Translations under genes and position numbers: made by a program | Notes under the pieces: generated by a model | Database searches by the model: none | The model's input: the letters and a program-made list of their open reading frames with translations, nothing else | Told to the model about the DNA's origin: nothing | In this document: one piece after another, positions 49,311 to 60,454 of the stretch | How positions within the stretch are numbered: the first letter of the stretch is position 1 | Layout: each line of letters opens with the position of its first letter | Assembly: GCA_965248925.1 (NCBI GenBank) | Contig: CBDFLE010000006.1 | Coordinates: 2,496,001-2,560,000 of the forward strand | DNA: 64,000 nucleotides | Direction of reading: 5' to 3' | Origin: Candidatus Multivoradales bacterium | GTDB taxonomy: Bacteria; Acidobacteriota; Thermoanaerobaculia; Multivoradales; J023

Positions 49311-52012
49311 AGTCCTTCGCATGGCCTCTTTCCACATTGTTTTCTGAAATCCTTCGACCACCCCGAAGGAACTTCGAGAGTAGTCTTCCCAGAATGAGGA
49401 TCGAACTTCCAAATTCCACTGGGATGCACGGTGTAGATCGGTATTCCACGTCTCCTTGAGACGTCTTCGTCGCACCCCGTACAAGAGCTTGGTGGCCCTG
49501 GTTTCTTCCTGGGGTGAGTATGGAAGATGCCACAGGCTCCCTCGGGAATTCTGCCACGGAAGCTGGTTGTGGAACGTGTGGTCGTTCCTGATTTTGCAGA
49601 TGACGGCCACAAAGAGCACCCAAGTTTGCCGTCCTTGCAAGTGGCCCAGAACGCCTCTTCTGTGCCTTTCATCCCGAAGCCAGCCTTCTTGAAGATGCAG
49701 TAGATGCATTTTCTAATCCCAGTATCATCTGTAATTGCATCAAGGCCAAGCGGGTCGAAGTAAGCCGTAGGATTCGCCAGGGCAAAAGAAAAGAGATTCA
49801 GAGCAGAGCGCTCGGGAGGTAATAGGCCCAGCGGGTCTGTCCGAGTGTATCTTCCCGCTCCAACATTGTACCAGCGATAAACATTATAATAGATATCAAT
49901 GCCGGTTCCCCAAGAATCATCTTGCCACTGCCCTGGGGAGCGCAAGGAGATTCCGTTATCACTAGCTCCGACGTAGTCCTGGCCAAACGGCTCGAACCCG
50001 CCTGACCAAGCCTGAGAACCGCCGTTGTCTGTTGCCAGGATAGGAGTCCCAAGATGATCCAGAGTCAGGTGAGTCGACGAGCTACCCTCAATCTGTGCTG
50101 TTGGGTGCCCCGCAAAGTAGACGATAACGGCCGACCCTTTGAAACCGTTTCTTCCCTGAAGGGTCCCACCACTACTGTAGGAGGGAGTGGTAGTCACCGT
50201 CTCGAAGCATGCCCCCGCTCCCTGGCCGGCCTCGCCTTTGCCGGTATCGGAATTGCTCCACCCAGTAGTATCTCCGCTCTCGAAACCATCACAAAACAGC
50301 GCGCTGCCATCGGCGAAGGGGCGGCTTCTCGTGACCTGTCGCAATAAACTGCGACCATCGTAGAGCATGGTTGATGTCGCCTGGGCGGAGGCGTGATCGA
50401 TCGCCTTGAGACGACCTGCGTCGTCGTAGGTGTAGGTGATCGGGTCGCTGTCCTCGTCGATACCGATTTGGTTGCCGCTTGCATCGAAGTTGTAGATCCT
50501 ACTTCCACCTGCATTCAAGGAGATCAGGTCGAGCTTGGCTGTGTTACCGCTGCCCGATGTGTTGACATGGTATGTGTAGATATCGGTCAGGCCATTACGC
50601 GTCTCGCTCAGCCGATTGCCGATCTTGTCATAGGTCCAAACTTGCAAACCCCACGGGCCATCGCCTTGAGTGAGGAAATACTGGTAGTCCTGATGACCGT
50701 AGGTGCGGCTGTTCGCAGCATCCTGGAGGTCGGCGATGGCGCTGATGTTGCCAACACCATCGGTCGAATACTCCCAGTCCAGAAGAGTTCCGCCTGGGCC
50801 GACCGCAGTGATTCGCTCGGGTTGGTAGCGACTGTCATATGGCCGAGTTTCTACGATGCCATTTCCTCGAGTAAGTTGGCGCAGCGGTCCGATTGGATTA
50901 TAAGTCGCTCCAGTAACAACTGACTGGATTCCCTGCCCGGGAATCTCAGCATCGAGGGTCAGCTGCCGATCCGCGTGATCGAATGCATAGAGCGCCTTCA
51001 TTCCTCCTGGATACAAGATCTCTGACTTGTTGCTATTCAAGTCGTAAGCGTAGGCTAGGTCTCCATCGCGGGTCGTGCGGCCGAAGCGGTCATATTCGTA
51101 GGCGATGGGAAAACCGTCGCGAGTGATCTGAGTGAGTCGGCCGAGGCTGAAGGTCACCAGCGGATCGTCGTAGGCGTAGGTCACGTCGAGGGTGTCGTCG
51201 GGATAGTCGACCAAGGCAACTCGGTCTAGTTCGTCAATGGTGCGCAAGGTCGTGATGTTGCGGGCGTCGGTGCTTTCGATGAGCTGGCCGTGCTCGTTGT
51301 ACCGATTTGTCGTTAGACCGGAGACTTCAGAGGTTTCTTGGGTTAGCAGATCTCGGTCGCTGTAGACGTAGCTGGTCACGGTACCTTCAGCATCGGTCAA
51401 GGTGATCAAATGGTCTTGTACGTCATAGCCGTGGGTCGTTATTGCTTGACCGCCTCCGGCGCCGCCGAAGGGCTGACTTACAGTGCTCAGTCGGTCGAGC
51501 GGATCGTAGGCGTAGGCCGTACTCGGCAACGCCGTTTGCCCGGCCGATGGGTGGTTGGCGTCCCAGATCTGCTCTAGGTCTCCATCGGAATCATACGAGA
51601 ACTCAGTGAGCGCTTGCTCTGGGCTGCCGGCGCCTTCGATGGTCTTGTCGAGATGGCAGCGGCTGGAATAGACGTACTCGGTATTGAAGTCGCTTACCCA
51701 GCTCGCGCCGTCACAGCTTCGCAGCTCTTCGCGGACCCGGTGACCAAAGCCATCGAGGGTGTAGAAGGTACGCTCGATGTGGCTGCCGGGCAGGTCGTCT
51801 GGCTTGCGTTCGATGGACACCAACCGGCCGACAAGGTCGTACCCATACTCCAGCACGTTGCCTCGCGGAAGAACGGTCTGGAGGAGATCGCCGAAGACGG
51901 TGTAGCGTTGCTCGGTGATCAAATCCTCGGCCGGTATTGCGCCTTTCTGAATGCTGAACAGAACACGATTGAGCGCGCCGTATTGCGTTTCGCTGGGCAC
52001 CAGCTCGTGCAC
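49307..52012 (-). CDS. Orphan Rhs module with JAB-like (HTHP) C-terminal toxin
   Basis: YD repeats, 'GRYTRTDPLG', 'NP..YFDPLG' cleavage motif, tip 'EEAFW...GIFHTHP...D'. 5' end nearly identical to an internal segment of the upstream Rhs. Confidence 0.88.
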   Translation of the reverse strand: MHELVPSETQYGALNRVLFSIQKGAIPAEDLITEQRYTVFGDLLQTVLPRGNVLEYGYDLVGRLVSIERKPDDLPGSHIERTFYTLDGFGHRVREELRSCDGASWVSDFNTEYVYSSRCHLDKTIEGAGSPEQALTEFSYDSDGDLEQIWDANHPSAGQTALPSTAYAYDPLDRLSTVSQPFGGAGGGQAITTHGYDVQDHLITLTDAEGTVTSYVYSDRDLLTQETSEVSGLTTNRYNEHGQLIESTDARNITTLRTIDELDRVALVDYPDDTLDVTYAYDDPLVTFSLGRLTQITRDGFPIAYEYDRFGRTTRDGDLAYAYDLNSNKSEILYPGGMKALYAFDHADRQLTLDAEIPGQGIQSVVTGATYNPIGPLRQLTRGNGIVETRPYDSRYQPERITAVGPGGTLLDWEYSTDGVGNISAIADLQDAANSRTYGHQDYQYFLTQGDGPWGLQVWTYDKIGNRLSETRNGLTDIYTYHVNTSGSGNTAKLDLISLNAGGSRIYNFDASGNQIGIDEDSDPITYTYDDAGRLKAIDHASAQATSTMLYDGRSLLRQVTRSRPFADGSALFCDGFESGDTTGWSNSDTGKGEAGQGAGACFETVTTTPSYSSGGTLQGRNGFKGSAVIVYFAGHPTAQIEGSSSTHLTLDHLGTPILATDNGGSQAWSGGFEPFGQDYVGASDNGISLRSPGQWQDDSWGTGIDIYYNVYRWYNVGAGRYTRTDPLGLLPPERSALNLFSFALANPTAYFDPLGLDAITDDTGIRKCIYCIFKKAGFGMKGTEEAFWATCKDGKLGCSLWPSSAKSGTTTRSTTSFRGRIPEGACGIFHTHPRKKPGPPSSCTGCDEDVSRRRGIPIYTVHPSGIWKFDPHSGKTTLEVPSGWSKDFRKQCGKRPCEGL

Positions 52013-52258
52013 CCCCTGTCAACGCTTCGGCCGGACCCTCGCGAGACCGACCGCATGACTCGGGGTCAACGTGGTTCGCTACTCCTTCGTCGTAGAGGAC
52101 TCACACCTCCTACATCCTGCCGGTCTTAACCGGCGCTCTCTGCCTGGCACTTCTCTAGCGGTGGATCGAGGTTCTCTGGCTGACTTTCGGCGGTGTAGGT
52201 GGTTCAGCTGAAGACTTGGTCATCTTAAACTCCTTCCGCGATCCCATCGCAAACCTAC

Positions 52259-52681
52259 TCACGATCCCGGAGGACCGAGCTGAGGGGATACCCAACTAAC
52301 CTGGTAGACTCGGACGCTATCGACAACACTTCCCCCAAAGTGCTTGTTGAGTAGGTTTACCAACTCCTCTTGGAAGGCCTCCCTCGTTTCACCGTCTAGT
52401 AGACGCAGGCCATAAGAAGTAGACCTATCCACAACGAGCCCTCTAGCAATACTCAGATTTTCCTCTGTGAGTTCAAGAAGAACCTCCTTCTTCCCATACA
52501 AAGTTACTCTAAAGATCAGACCCAAGTGATCTCCCAGCTCAGCTTCGAGCGTCCTAGGAGAGATCTCTAAGGCAAAAACGTTATCAACCGCCCTTCCAGT
52601 GAGTTTGTCTTGCTCAGCGGCCTGTTCGGTACAAGCGCTAAGAACAAGCAGAAACATAAACGTGAGTACGAGAATCCGCAT
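52259..52681 (-). CDS. Putative immunity lipoprotein for main Rhs
   Basis: TAATG coupling, lipobox 'LSAC'. Confidence 0.72.
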   Translation of the reverse strand: MRILVLTFMFLLVLSACTEQAAEQDKLTGRAVDNVFALEISPRTLEAELGDHLGLIFRVTLYGKKEVLLELTEENLSIARGLVVDRSTSYGLRLLDGETREAFQEELVNLLNKHFGGSVVDSVRVYQVSWVSPQLGPPGS

Positions 52682-55600
52682 TAGAATGGACTGCCCAGAA
52701 AAGATCCAGGATACAAGCCATTCAGACAATCGCTACCGATCCCATACGCTTCGCACTCAAGAAGATTTCTTACTTGGGAGACTGAAACACCGGCTGCAAG
52801 CAGGTTTATAATTCGAGGCTCCCTCAGCTGGGATTCGTGCTTTCTCTCATGTTGGCAAACACAATAGTCGACACAATCGTCTCCAGATGGCACGTACCGC
52901 GGCCCATCTCCTACGTCCCCGACCCGTCGAGCACCCCCTTCTCGCTCGAGCTGTGCTACCTGGGGTGGATAAGTCGGGCTATTTCTGAATTTGCAAAACT
53001 CTCCGCCGATGCGACGAGAGAATTGCAAAGCGCCAGAAATTACAGATGGCCTACAGGGTGCCGGACATGGTTTCGTGGCATCTGGAGGGCACTGTAAAGG
53101 CAAGCCTGAAGAAAGTGGGTCCCCTGCGAACAATCCTAACTCATCGGAAAGCCGTATCGGCTGTGCATCTGCGTACCAATAGCCATTGGCTTCAGATGGG
53201 ATTCTAATCCCCAAAGGGTCGAGCCTTGAGTATCTTCCGTCTCTTGCCAAGTACCATCGGTGGCCGTTGTATGTAACAGAGGAAGTTGAACTCCAGGATC
53301 CGTCCTCCCACTGCCCAGGGAAACGTAAGAACACTTCGCCGCTCCCCATCCCAGCGTAGTCCTGGCCAAATGGCTCAAACCCACCATCCCGACTGACTGC
53401 CCCGTCTCCCCGCGCGGCAAGCACAATTGTGCCGAGGTGGTCTACGCTGAGGTGGAGAAGCTCATCACCTTCAGACTGCGCGGCAGGCTGCCCCCCATGG
53501 TAGAGAATAGCGCTGACTCCAGACTCCCCAGCCCGCTGCTGGAGCACCCCCGCCGAACTGTAAGTAGCCAGAGTCACAGCCTGGGCCAGACAGCTACTAG
53601 TCCCAGCACCGTCCCAGGCGCTAGTATCGCCGCTTTCAAAGCCATCGCAGAAGAGAGCGTTGCCGGAGGTATCCGGCTCTCGACCGGTAGCTTTGCGCAG
53701 GTGGCTGCGACCGTCGTAGAGAATCACTGAGATGCTCTGTGCCGATGCACGCTCTATCTTCGATAGTCGACCTGCATCGTCAAAGTTGTAGCTCACTGCG
53801 TCCCCATTGTTATCGATGCCAATCTGGTTGCCGGCAGCATCGAAAGTGTAGAAACGGGCGCCGCCTACACCGAGCGCGACCTGGTCGAGTTTCGCTGTAT
53901 TACCGATACCCGCGGCGTTGCTAAGATACTGATAGATGTCGGTCGCACTGTCACGAGTCTCGCTGAGTCGGTTCCCGATTCTGTCATAGGTCCAGGCAAG
54001 ATTTCCCCAGGGGCCATCGCCCTGGGTCAGGAAATACTGATAGTCCTGGTAACCGTATGTGCGGTTGTTCGACGCGTCAAGCACATCTGCAATTGACCTG
54101 ACATTCCCTACCCCGTCGATCACGTAGTCCCAATCGAGCAAGACGCCGCTTGGGCCTACAACCGAGATACGCTCTGGCTTGTAGCGGCTATCGAAGAGTC
54201 GGCTTTCGCTCACACCATTGCCGCGCGTCAGCTGGCGCAGAGGGCCGAGGGGCTGGTAGAGGGCTCCCGTGACGATCGATTGGATGCCCTGACCTGGCAC
54301 GTCGGCATCGAGAGTCAGGTGACGGTCAGCATGATCGAATGTGTAGATCGCCCTCACACCACCAGGGTACAGGATCTCGCTCTTGTTGCCGTTGGTGTCG
54401 AAGGCGTAGGTCAGCTCGCCGTCTTGCGTCATGCGGCCGAAGCGATCGTACTGGTAGTCGATCGGCTGACCTTCACGCTCGATCCGGGTCAGCCGGCCGA
54501 GGCTGAAGGGCACCAGCCCGTCATCGTAGGTGTACGTCACATCGAGGGTGTCATCGGGGTAGTCGACGAGGGTGACCCGATCCAGCTCATCGAGAGTGCG
54601 GCCGGTGGCAATGCTGCGAGCGTCGATGGTCTGGGTGAGTCGGCCGTGCTCGTTGAACGCATGGCTGGTCACGCCAGAGACCTCGGAGGTCTCGCGGGTC
54701 GGCAAATCTCGATCGGAGTATAGATAGCCGGTGACCGTGCCCTCTGGGTCAGTCACCGTGGTCAAATGATCTTGAACGTCAAAACCGTAGGCCGTCACGG
54801 CCTGACCACCGGCCGTGCCCCCGAATGGCTGGCTGACGGTGGTCAAGCGGTCTAGCGGATCATAGGCGTAAACCGTGCTGGCTTCAGCGGTTTGGCCCGC
54901 GGAGGGGTGGTTCGCGTCCCAGATCCTCTCGATCTGCCCATCGCAATCATACGAAAACTCCGTGATCGCCTGTTCGGGGCTGCCAGTACCCGCGATGACT
55001 CGATCGAGATGGCACCGCGTGGAGTAGAGATAGTCTGTCCGGAACTCGCTTACCCAAGTAGCGCCGTCCCAGCTTTGCAACTCTTCGCGGACCCGGTGAC
55101 CAAAGCCATCGAGGGTATAGAAGCTGCGCTCGATGTGGCTGCCGGGCAAGTCATCGGGCTTTCGCTCGATGGACACAAGTCTGCCTGTGGGATCGTAGCC
55201 ATATTCGATCACGTTGCCGCGCGGCAGGACGGTTTGGAAGAGGTCGCCAAAGACCGTGTAGCGTTGCTCGGTGATCAGATCCTCTGCCGGTATTGCGCCT
55301 TTCTGGATGCTGAACAGAACACGATTGAGCGGGTCGTACTGCGTTTCGCTAGCTACGCCGTTGGGGTCGGTGACTGAAGTTCGGCGATTGAAGGGGTCGT
55401 AACCGAACAGAGTGCTGCCGATCAGCGGATCGGTACGGCTGGCCAGCACCAGGCCGCCACGGGCAGCGTCCCAGGCGCTGGTGGTGACATCGGCGGTGCC
55501 GTAGCCGGGTGGGTCGCGGTCTTCGGGTTGGCCCTCGGCGGTGTAGGTGGTCGTGGTGGTGTAGCTGAAGACCTGGCCGTCTTCTACTCCTTCGTCGATC

Positions 55601-57436
55601 CGATCAGTGGCGTTGCCTTGGCCGCTGAGGGTGAAGGTTGTACGGCGGAAATCGAGAGGGGTGCCGGTGGTCGAGGGGCGCTCGATCTCGGTGATCAAGG
55701 CCGGGTAGGTGAGGTCGCGCTGCCAAGTGGTCTCGCGCTCCAGCGCCGTGCCTAGAGCTTCGACACGGGAGATTGCTTGGCCGTTGGCGTCGTAGGTGGT
55801 GAGCGTCGTGGTGCCGCCGCCGTCGATCTGGCGGGTGGGGCGCAGGGGGTGCGCCGGATCCTCATAGAACAGCCGGCTGTTGGGGCCGGTGCCGCAGCTT
55901 GGGCAGGAGCCTTCGAGCTGCTCTAGACGAGGCTTGCGGCTGTCGGAGTCGCGGCCCAAGGTGTAGGTGGAGATCTCGCCCATGGGGTCGGTGACCGTGG
56001 TGACCATGGGCAGCTGGGGATCGTCGAAGCTCATCGACCAGCGATCGACGGCGCCGGCATCGTTGAAGTTGGCCGCGCCTTTCCACATTTGCACTACATT
56101 GCCGAAGGGATCATAGGCCCAGGAGCCCGCGATCCACTCGCTAGCGTTTGTACCCTCCAGACTCATTCGGGTCATGTAGCCCGGCAAGGTTGGGTCATCG
56201 TAGAGGAAGACCCAGGCGGTGCCGTCGGGTCGGTCGATGCGGGTGAGGTCTTGACCGGTGAAGGTGTAACCCCAGGTGCGGCTGGTGATTCCGTCGCTGC
56301 CGACTTCTGTAATCGAGTCCAGCCTGCCGCCCGCCGAGTAGGTGAAGGTCTCCGAGCGGCCATCGGGGAAACTGACGGCGGTCAGCCGGCCAGTGCCGTC
56401 GCGGGTGGCGGTTTTGGCGTTGCCGTTGCGGTCGGTGGTCGAGGACCATAGGCCGGTGTCGTCGAATTGCATCAGGGTGCCGTCTAGCTCGAGCAGGGTC
56501 CAGCCGGTCGGGGTCTTGGTCAGAGTGCGGTATTCGTCGCTGGGAATGGTGCGGTCGTAGTCCCCGTCCATGTTTAGGTCGGTAAAGCGGCGGAAGGTGG
56601 CGTAGCGAGTGAGCAGCCAGACGTTGCTGTCATCGGGGTCGCGAGCGATTCTTTCGGTGTAGTCGTGGGCCCAATAGCGCCCCAGCTCCGCAGTGATGCC
56701 GGCCGAGCCGGGGTAGGTCGGGTGGCCGACGCCGCCAGCGTGGTAGCGCAGTAGGGCGCCGGGGCCGCTCTGCGGCGGCGAGGCGCCGCCTCCACCACCA
56801 CCCGCGCTGCCGCCTATTCCGCGGCCACCACCGACGCAGGTAGGGCAATTCTCATCTTCCGGGCAGCCGCTGGGCGGGGGTGGGGGTGGGCAGAGGGGCG
56901 ACAGGCTGAAGTCGACGACGCGGGTCGCTTCTTTCGGGCAATGGGGACAGAGGCCGAAGGCACAGGGGCAGGCGGTGGCGGTGATCGTGTAGCTGGCCAT
57001 CAGATCGCTGCAAGAGCTGGTGATGCCCCAGCTCAAGGTACCGTGATCTTCCTCGATCACCGCGCCCGAGAAGCCGCAGGTGCCCAGGGTGCCACCGCCG
57101 CTGGGGGTCACCGTGACGGTGGCGAAGCTATACAGGAAGCCCGAGGCGCTGGGATCGTTCTGGTGGTTTCCGGCGAAGTCGATCGGCACTTCGATGGTGA
57201 TGGCGCAGGATTCGATCGCCGAGTCGCAGCCAGCCTCCGGGGTAAAGGTGGCGCCGGAGATGACCGGCGTGTAGCAGCGGGCGCCAGTGGAGCAAGTTCG
57301 AGGGTTGGTCAGCGAAGAATCCTTGTTCGAGGTAAGTGAGGACGCCGCTGCAGGCGGTGCCGGCTTGCAGTGCTGTTGCCAGGCTTAGAACGCTGAGGAA
57401 ACCGATGAGAAGGGAGAGGCTGATGGATCGGATCAC
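52681..57436 (-). CDS. Rhs/YD-repeat toxin with signal peptide and HExxH metallopeptidase tip (one frameshift near 57300-57380)
   Basis: Signal peptide in the 57436 frame, body in the 57189 frame. 'GRYSRLDPLG', 'PIRLSDELG', tip 'HERKH...ECEAY'. Confidence 0.87.
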
Positions 57437-57648
57437 GATAAATCTCCTTGTTTCTAGCTGCTACTCACGACTCTTAGACTCTGTAGAGCGGGCGCCGGTT
57501 CCGGGAACTCTTGTTCAACTGATCAGCGATAACTCGTTTCTGGCATATCGGGCCATGCATTAGTCCAAAACAGGTTGGTTGGCTTGCAGGTCGGTGTCAA
57601 TCTCTCTGTTCTGGCGAGCCTGTTCATGGAGTAACGACTCTGCCCCCC

Positions 57649-58059
57649 CTACTTGCTCGACTCACGAAGTAGCCGGTACCGGACCTGTTTCATGCGGGTC
57701 TTGTTACCCCGGAAACGCGCGATCCGTGAGCCAAGGACGGTGATCAAACCGGTGTAGTCGATGCCGCGGTCTCGCTCTGGATCGAGCAGGTCGTGGGCGC
57801 GTTTCCAGGTGCGCCCATCGGCCGACAGCAACAAGTCCACCTGTTCGTTGAGCTGGAGGGCCGAGAACGCCCAATGGAAGGAGGCAATCTCGATCTCGGC
57901 GTCTCTGGCTAGATCTTGCAGCTCGGCCAACATGGGACCGGTGAGCGGATCGCGGCCGATCAGATACCACGCCAGCCGACCAAGATCGGCATTCGCCTCT
58001 TCTGCCAGCAACAGAAGGTTGGCCACTTCGTCGAGCTTGGGAATGGGGATGGCCGTCAT
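57649..58059 (-). CDS. Hypothetical helical protein
   Basis: ATGA-coupled to the upstream small ORF, protein-like composition. Confidence 0.6.
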   Translation of the reverse strand: MTAIPIPKLDEVANLLLLAEEANADLGRLAWYLIGRDPLTGPMLAELQDLARDAEIEIASFHWAFSALQLNEQVDLLLSADGRTWKRAHDLLDPERDRGIDYTGLITVLGSRIARFRGNKTRMKQVRYRLLRESSK

Positions 58060-58295
58060 CGAGCGGGATCACCTCTTCGCAGGCGCAAGCGGACCGTCGG
58101 TAGCGCTTCGCGGCGCAAGGTGGCGAAGAGAGTCAGGATCTCGGCCGCCGCGTTGAGCGGCCGCAGGCTACCGATCTCGAATAGGGGTGCCGGTAGGGCT
58201 TGGCAGACAATGTCGAGCTGCTGGCCGATCTCGCCCAGCTCGACTTCCAGCTCTGCCAAAGCGGTGGTGACGGCTGCGGTGGTGAGAGATTTCAT
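58056..58295 (-). CDS. Small helical hypothetical protein
   Basis: Amphipathic helix-loop-helix, structured leader upstream. Confidence 0.55.
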   Translation of the reverse strand: MKSLTTAAVTTALAELEVELGEIGQQLDIVCQALPAPLFEIGSLRPLNAAAEILTLFATLRREALPTVRLRLRRGDPAR

Positions 58296-58648
58296 CGTTG
58301 ATCAACAAAAAAGGACGCGGCGGTCAGAGTTGCTGCGGGGTGGATGGGGACCTGTGCCACTCCGACCGCCGCTGGGAGGAAAGAGACCCCAGCAAACAAA
58401 CGGTTGCTCTCGCCAGAGCATTCTTCCTGGTCTTGGCGCTTGCAGGGTGCGAGATCGGCTCAGGACTTTCGACTAGCGGTAGCCATCTAATGGACTGCAA
58501 GATCTGTCGGGACGGCGCTAGGCTCGCGCCAGAGGCAGGGCCTCGGCGGTCATTCCGACCGTTGGGGACGCTTCGAGAGGAGCGGCGAGGATCTGTGGAG
58601 GGGGCAACGAGGTGCAATCGGTAGGGGCGGCTCCGGGACAGGTCGAGG

Positions 58649-60307
58649 CTAGATCCTAGGGATTAGGTGCTCGGCAGGCGATGCTCGCAATTGTTGTAAC
58701 AGAGGCTCTGTGATCGATCGTGACGCCAGCGCCTCCCGTAGAGTTTGCCCCGCTGGCAGCGCACTGCTATCAGTCTTGTAGGTTTTGAGGAAGGGGAGGA
58801 GTTCGGTCGCGACTTTTTCGGCTTCCTGCCTGCGTCCTTGCCGCAAGTATAGGATCGCCAAGTCGACGGCAGCGCCCGCGGCTGACTCAAGTTCTTCCTC
58901 CGCCACAAGTGCTACTCGCGCTCGCACGAGGAGATCCTCTGCCTCTTGCAACCGACCGTTATCTCGGTAGATCCGGCCCTGCTGCGCCTGCAAGAGAGCC
59001 AGCACACTCGGACCGACCTTGAGGTCGGCTGCGAGTGTCTGCGCTTTTGTGAGCGATGTACTCGCTTCTTCTAGGTTGCCGGCAAGGGTGTACAAATCGA
59101 CCAAACTGGTGTAGACCGCCATCGTGAGCTGAGTACTTGCCGATGCACTGCGTTCGAGGTGGCTCTTGGCTTCAGCGAGATCAGCAATCGCCACTTTTAC
59201 ATCGCGCACATACCGGACGATATTGGACCTCACGACTAGCGCTTCTGCAAGCAGTTGGGCATCGCCGTATTCTCGTAACAAGGCTAGGGCAGCGTTCGCC
59301 AGTTCAAGGCCTTCTTCGTATCTGCACTGCGCCCAGCGCAAACCTGCCTTGCGGCGTAGAAGGTCTGCTTGAACGAGTGGGTTGGGCTGGGTCCTTGGAA
59401 GCTCCTCGTCAGCTCGGACGAACGCTTGCTCGGCAGCGAGAAAATCCAACGCCAACCGATAGGCGTTGCCGATCCACGCCCACCCTTGCGCTCGCAAGTT
59501 TGCGAGTTCGTGCGCCGGCAAGATTTCGGCGATTCCAGCCACGCTGTCGAGCGCCAGCTGCGCGAAATGCACCCCCAGCTGGCGATCTTTTCGCCCCTCG
59601 CTACGGCTTTTCTTGAGCAGCAGGCGAAAGAGAGCTGGCGTTGTGAGACGCACCTGCTCACTGACCAGGAGTCTCTGTTGTTGCCGATCGAGGCGGCGAA
59701 GAACTGGCCAGATCTGTGCCGCGACCTGGCGCTCGAAATCTTCTCCACTGATGGTGATCGGCAGCTCTGCGCTGAGCGGACTGTCGCCGCTGAGGCGCGC
59801 TTGCAGCGCGCGCAAATCTCGCAGCAGGGCTTGGTGCTGATCTTCGCTGGAAGCCTCCGGCTCAGCCTCGTTAGCCGCTGGCAGCTCGGGCGCTGGGAAT
59901 CTGCCACGCTGGCGGAGACGGTACTGCGTCGGCGGCATATGGAAGCGCTTGCCAAAAGCGCAGGCGAAGGTGGTGCTGTTCTTGTAGCCGGTCAGATGGG
60001 CGATCTGCCAAATCTTGAGCTTGGTGGTGCGCAGCAGCTCCGCCGCGGTGTCGAGACGGCGATCAATGACGTAGGCCCACAGCGATTGGCCTATGTTGGC
60101 ATGGAAGAGAGTGAAGACGGCACGGTCGCGAATATTGCAATCCTGCTGTATCTGCGTCAGCGACAGGTCGACATCGAAGAGGTGCTCTTCCAGGTACGTC
60201 AGCAGCGGCTTGACCTGATGGTCGGCTCGCGAGCGGTGCTTGGCCATCATGCTCAAGGCTCCCGCAGCGGCCTGCTGGCGCTGCTTCTCGCTCGCTGTGG
60301 GTTTCAA
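58649..60307 (-). CDS. AraC-HTH plus TPR regulator
   Basis: 'RLDTAAELL..T.LKI.QIA..TGY.NS.TF...F.KRF.MPP.QYR' followed by TPR repeats. Confidence 0.85.
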   Translation of the reverse strand: MKPTASEKQRQQAAAGALSMMAKHRSRADHQVKPLLTYLEEHLFDVDLSLTQIQQDCNIRDRAVFTLFHANIGQSLWAYVIDRRLDTAAELLRTTKLKIWQIAHLTGYKNSTTFACAFGKRFHMPPTQYRLRQRGRFPAPELPAANEAEPEASSEDQHQALLRDLRALQARLSGDSPLSAELPITISGEDFERQVAAQIWPVLRRLDRQQQRLLVSEQVRLTTPALFRLLLKKSRSEGRKDRQLGVHFAQLALDSVAGIAEILPAHELANLRAQGWAWIGNAYRLALDFLAAEQAFVRADEELPRTQPNPLVQADLLRRKAGLRWAQCRYEEGLELANAALALLREYGDAQLLAEALVVRSNIVRYVRDVKVAIADLAEAKSHLERSASASTQLTMAVYTSLVDLYTLAGNLEEASTSLTKAQTLAADLKVGPSVLALLQAQQGRIYRDNGRLQEAEDLLVRARVALVAEEELESAAGAAVDLAILYLRQGRRQEAEKVATELLPFLKTYKTDSSALPAGQTLREALASRSITEPLLQQLRASPAEHLIPRI

Positions 60308-60454
60308 ATCACCTCTCCCTCCGGTATCCGACCTCGGAACCCTAACAGAAGGGCTCGGCCTTGATTCCCGCTAACAGTCCGTGGCTGCTGAGATTCAGGC
60401 AAAGCCAAAGTATCCGTAAACGGGTTACCAATCAACACCTTCTATGGTCACCCC

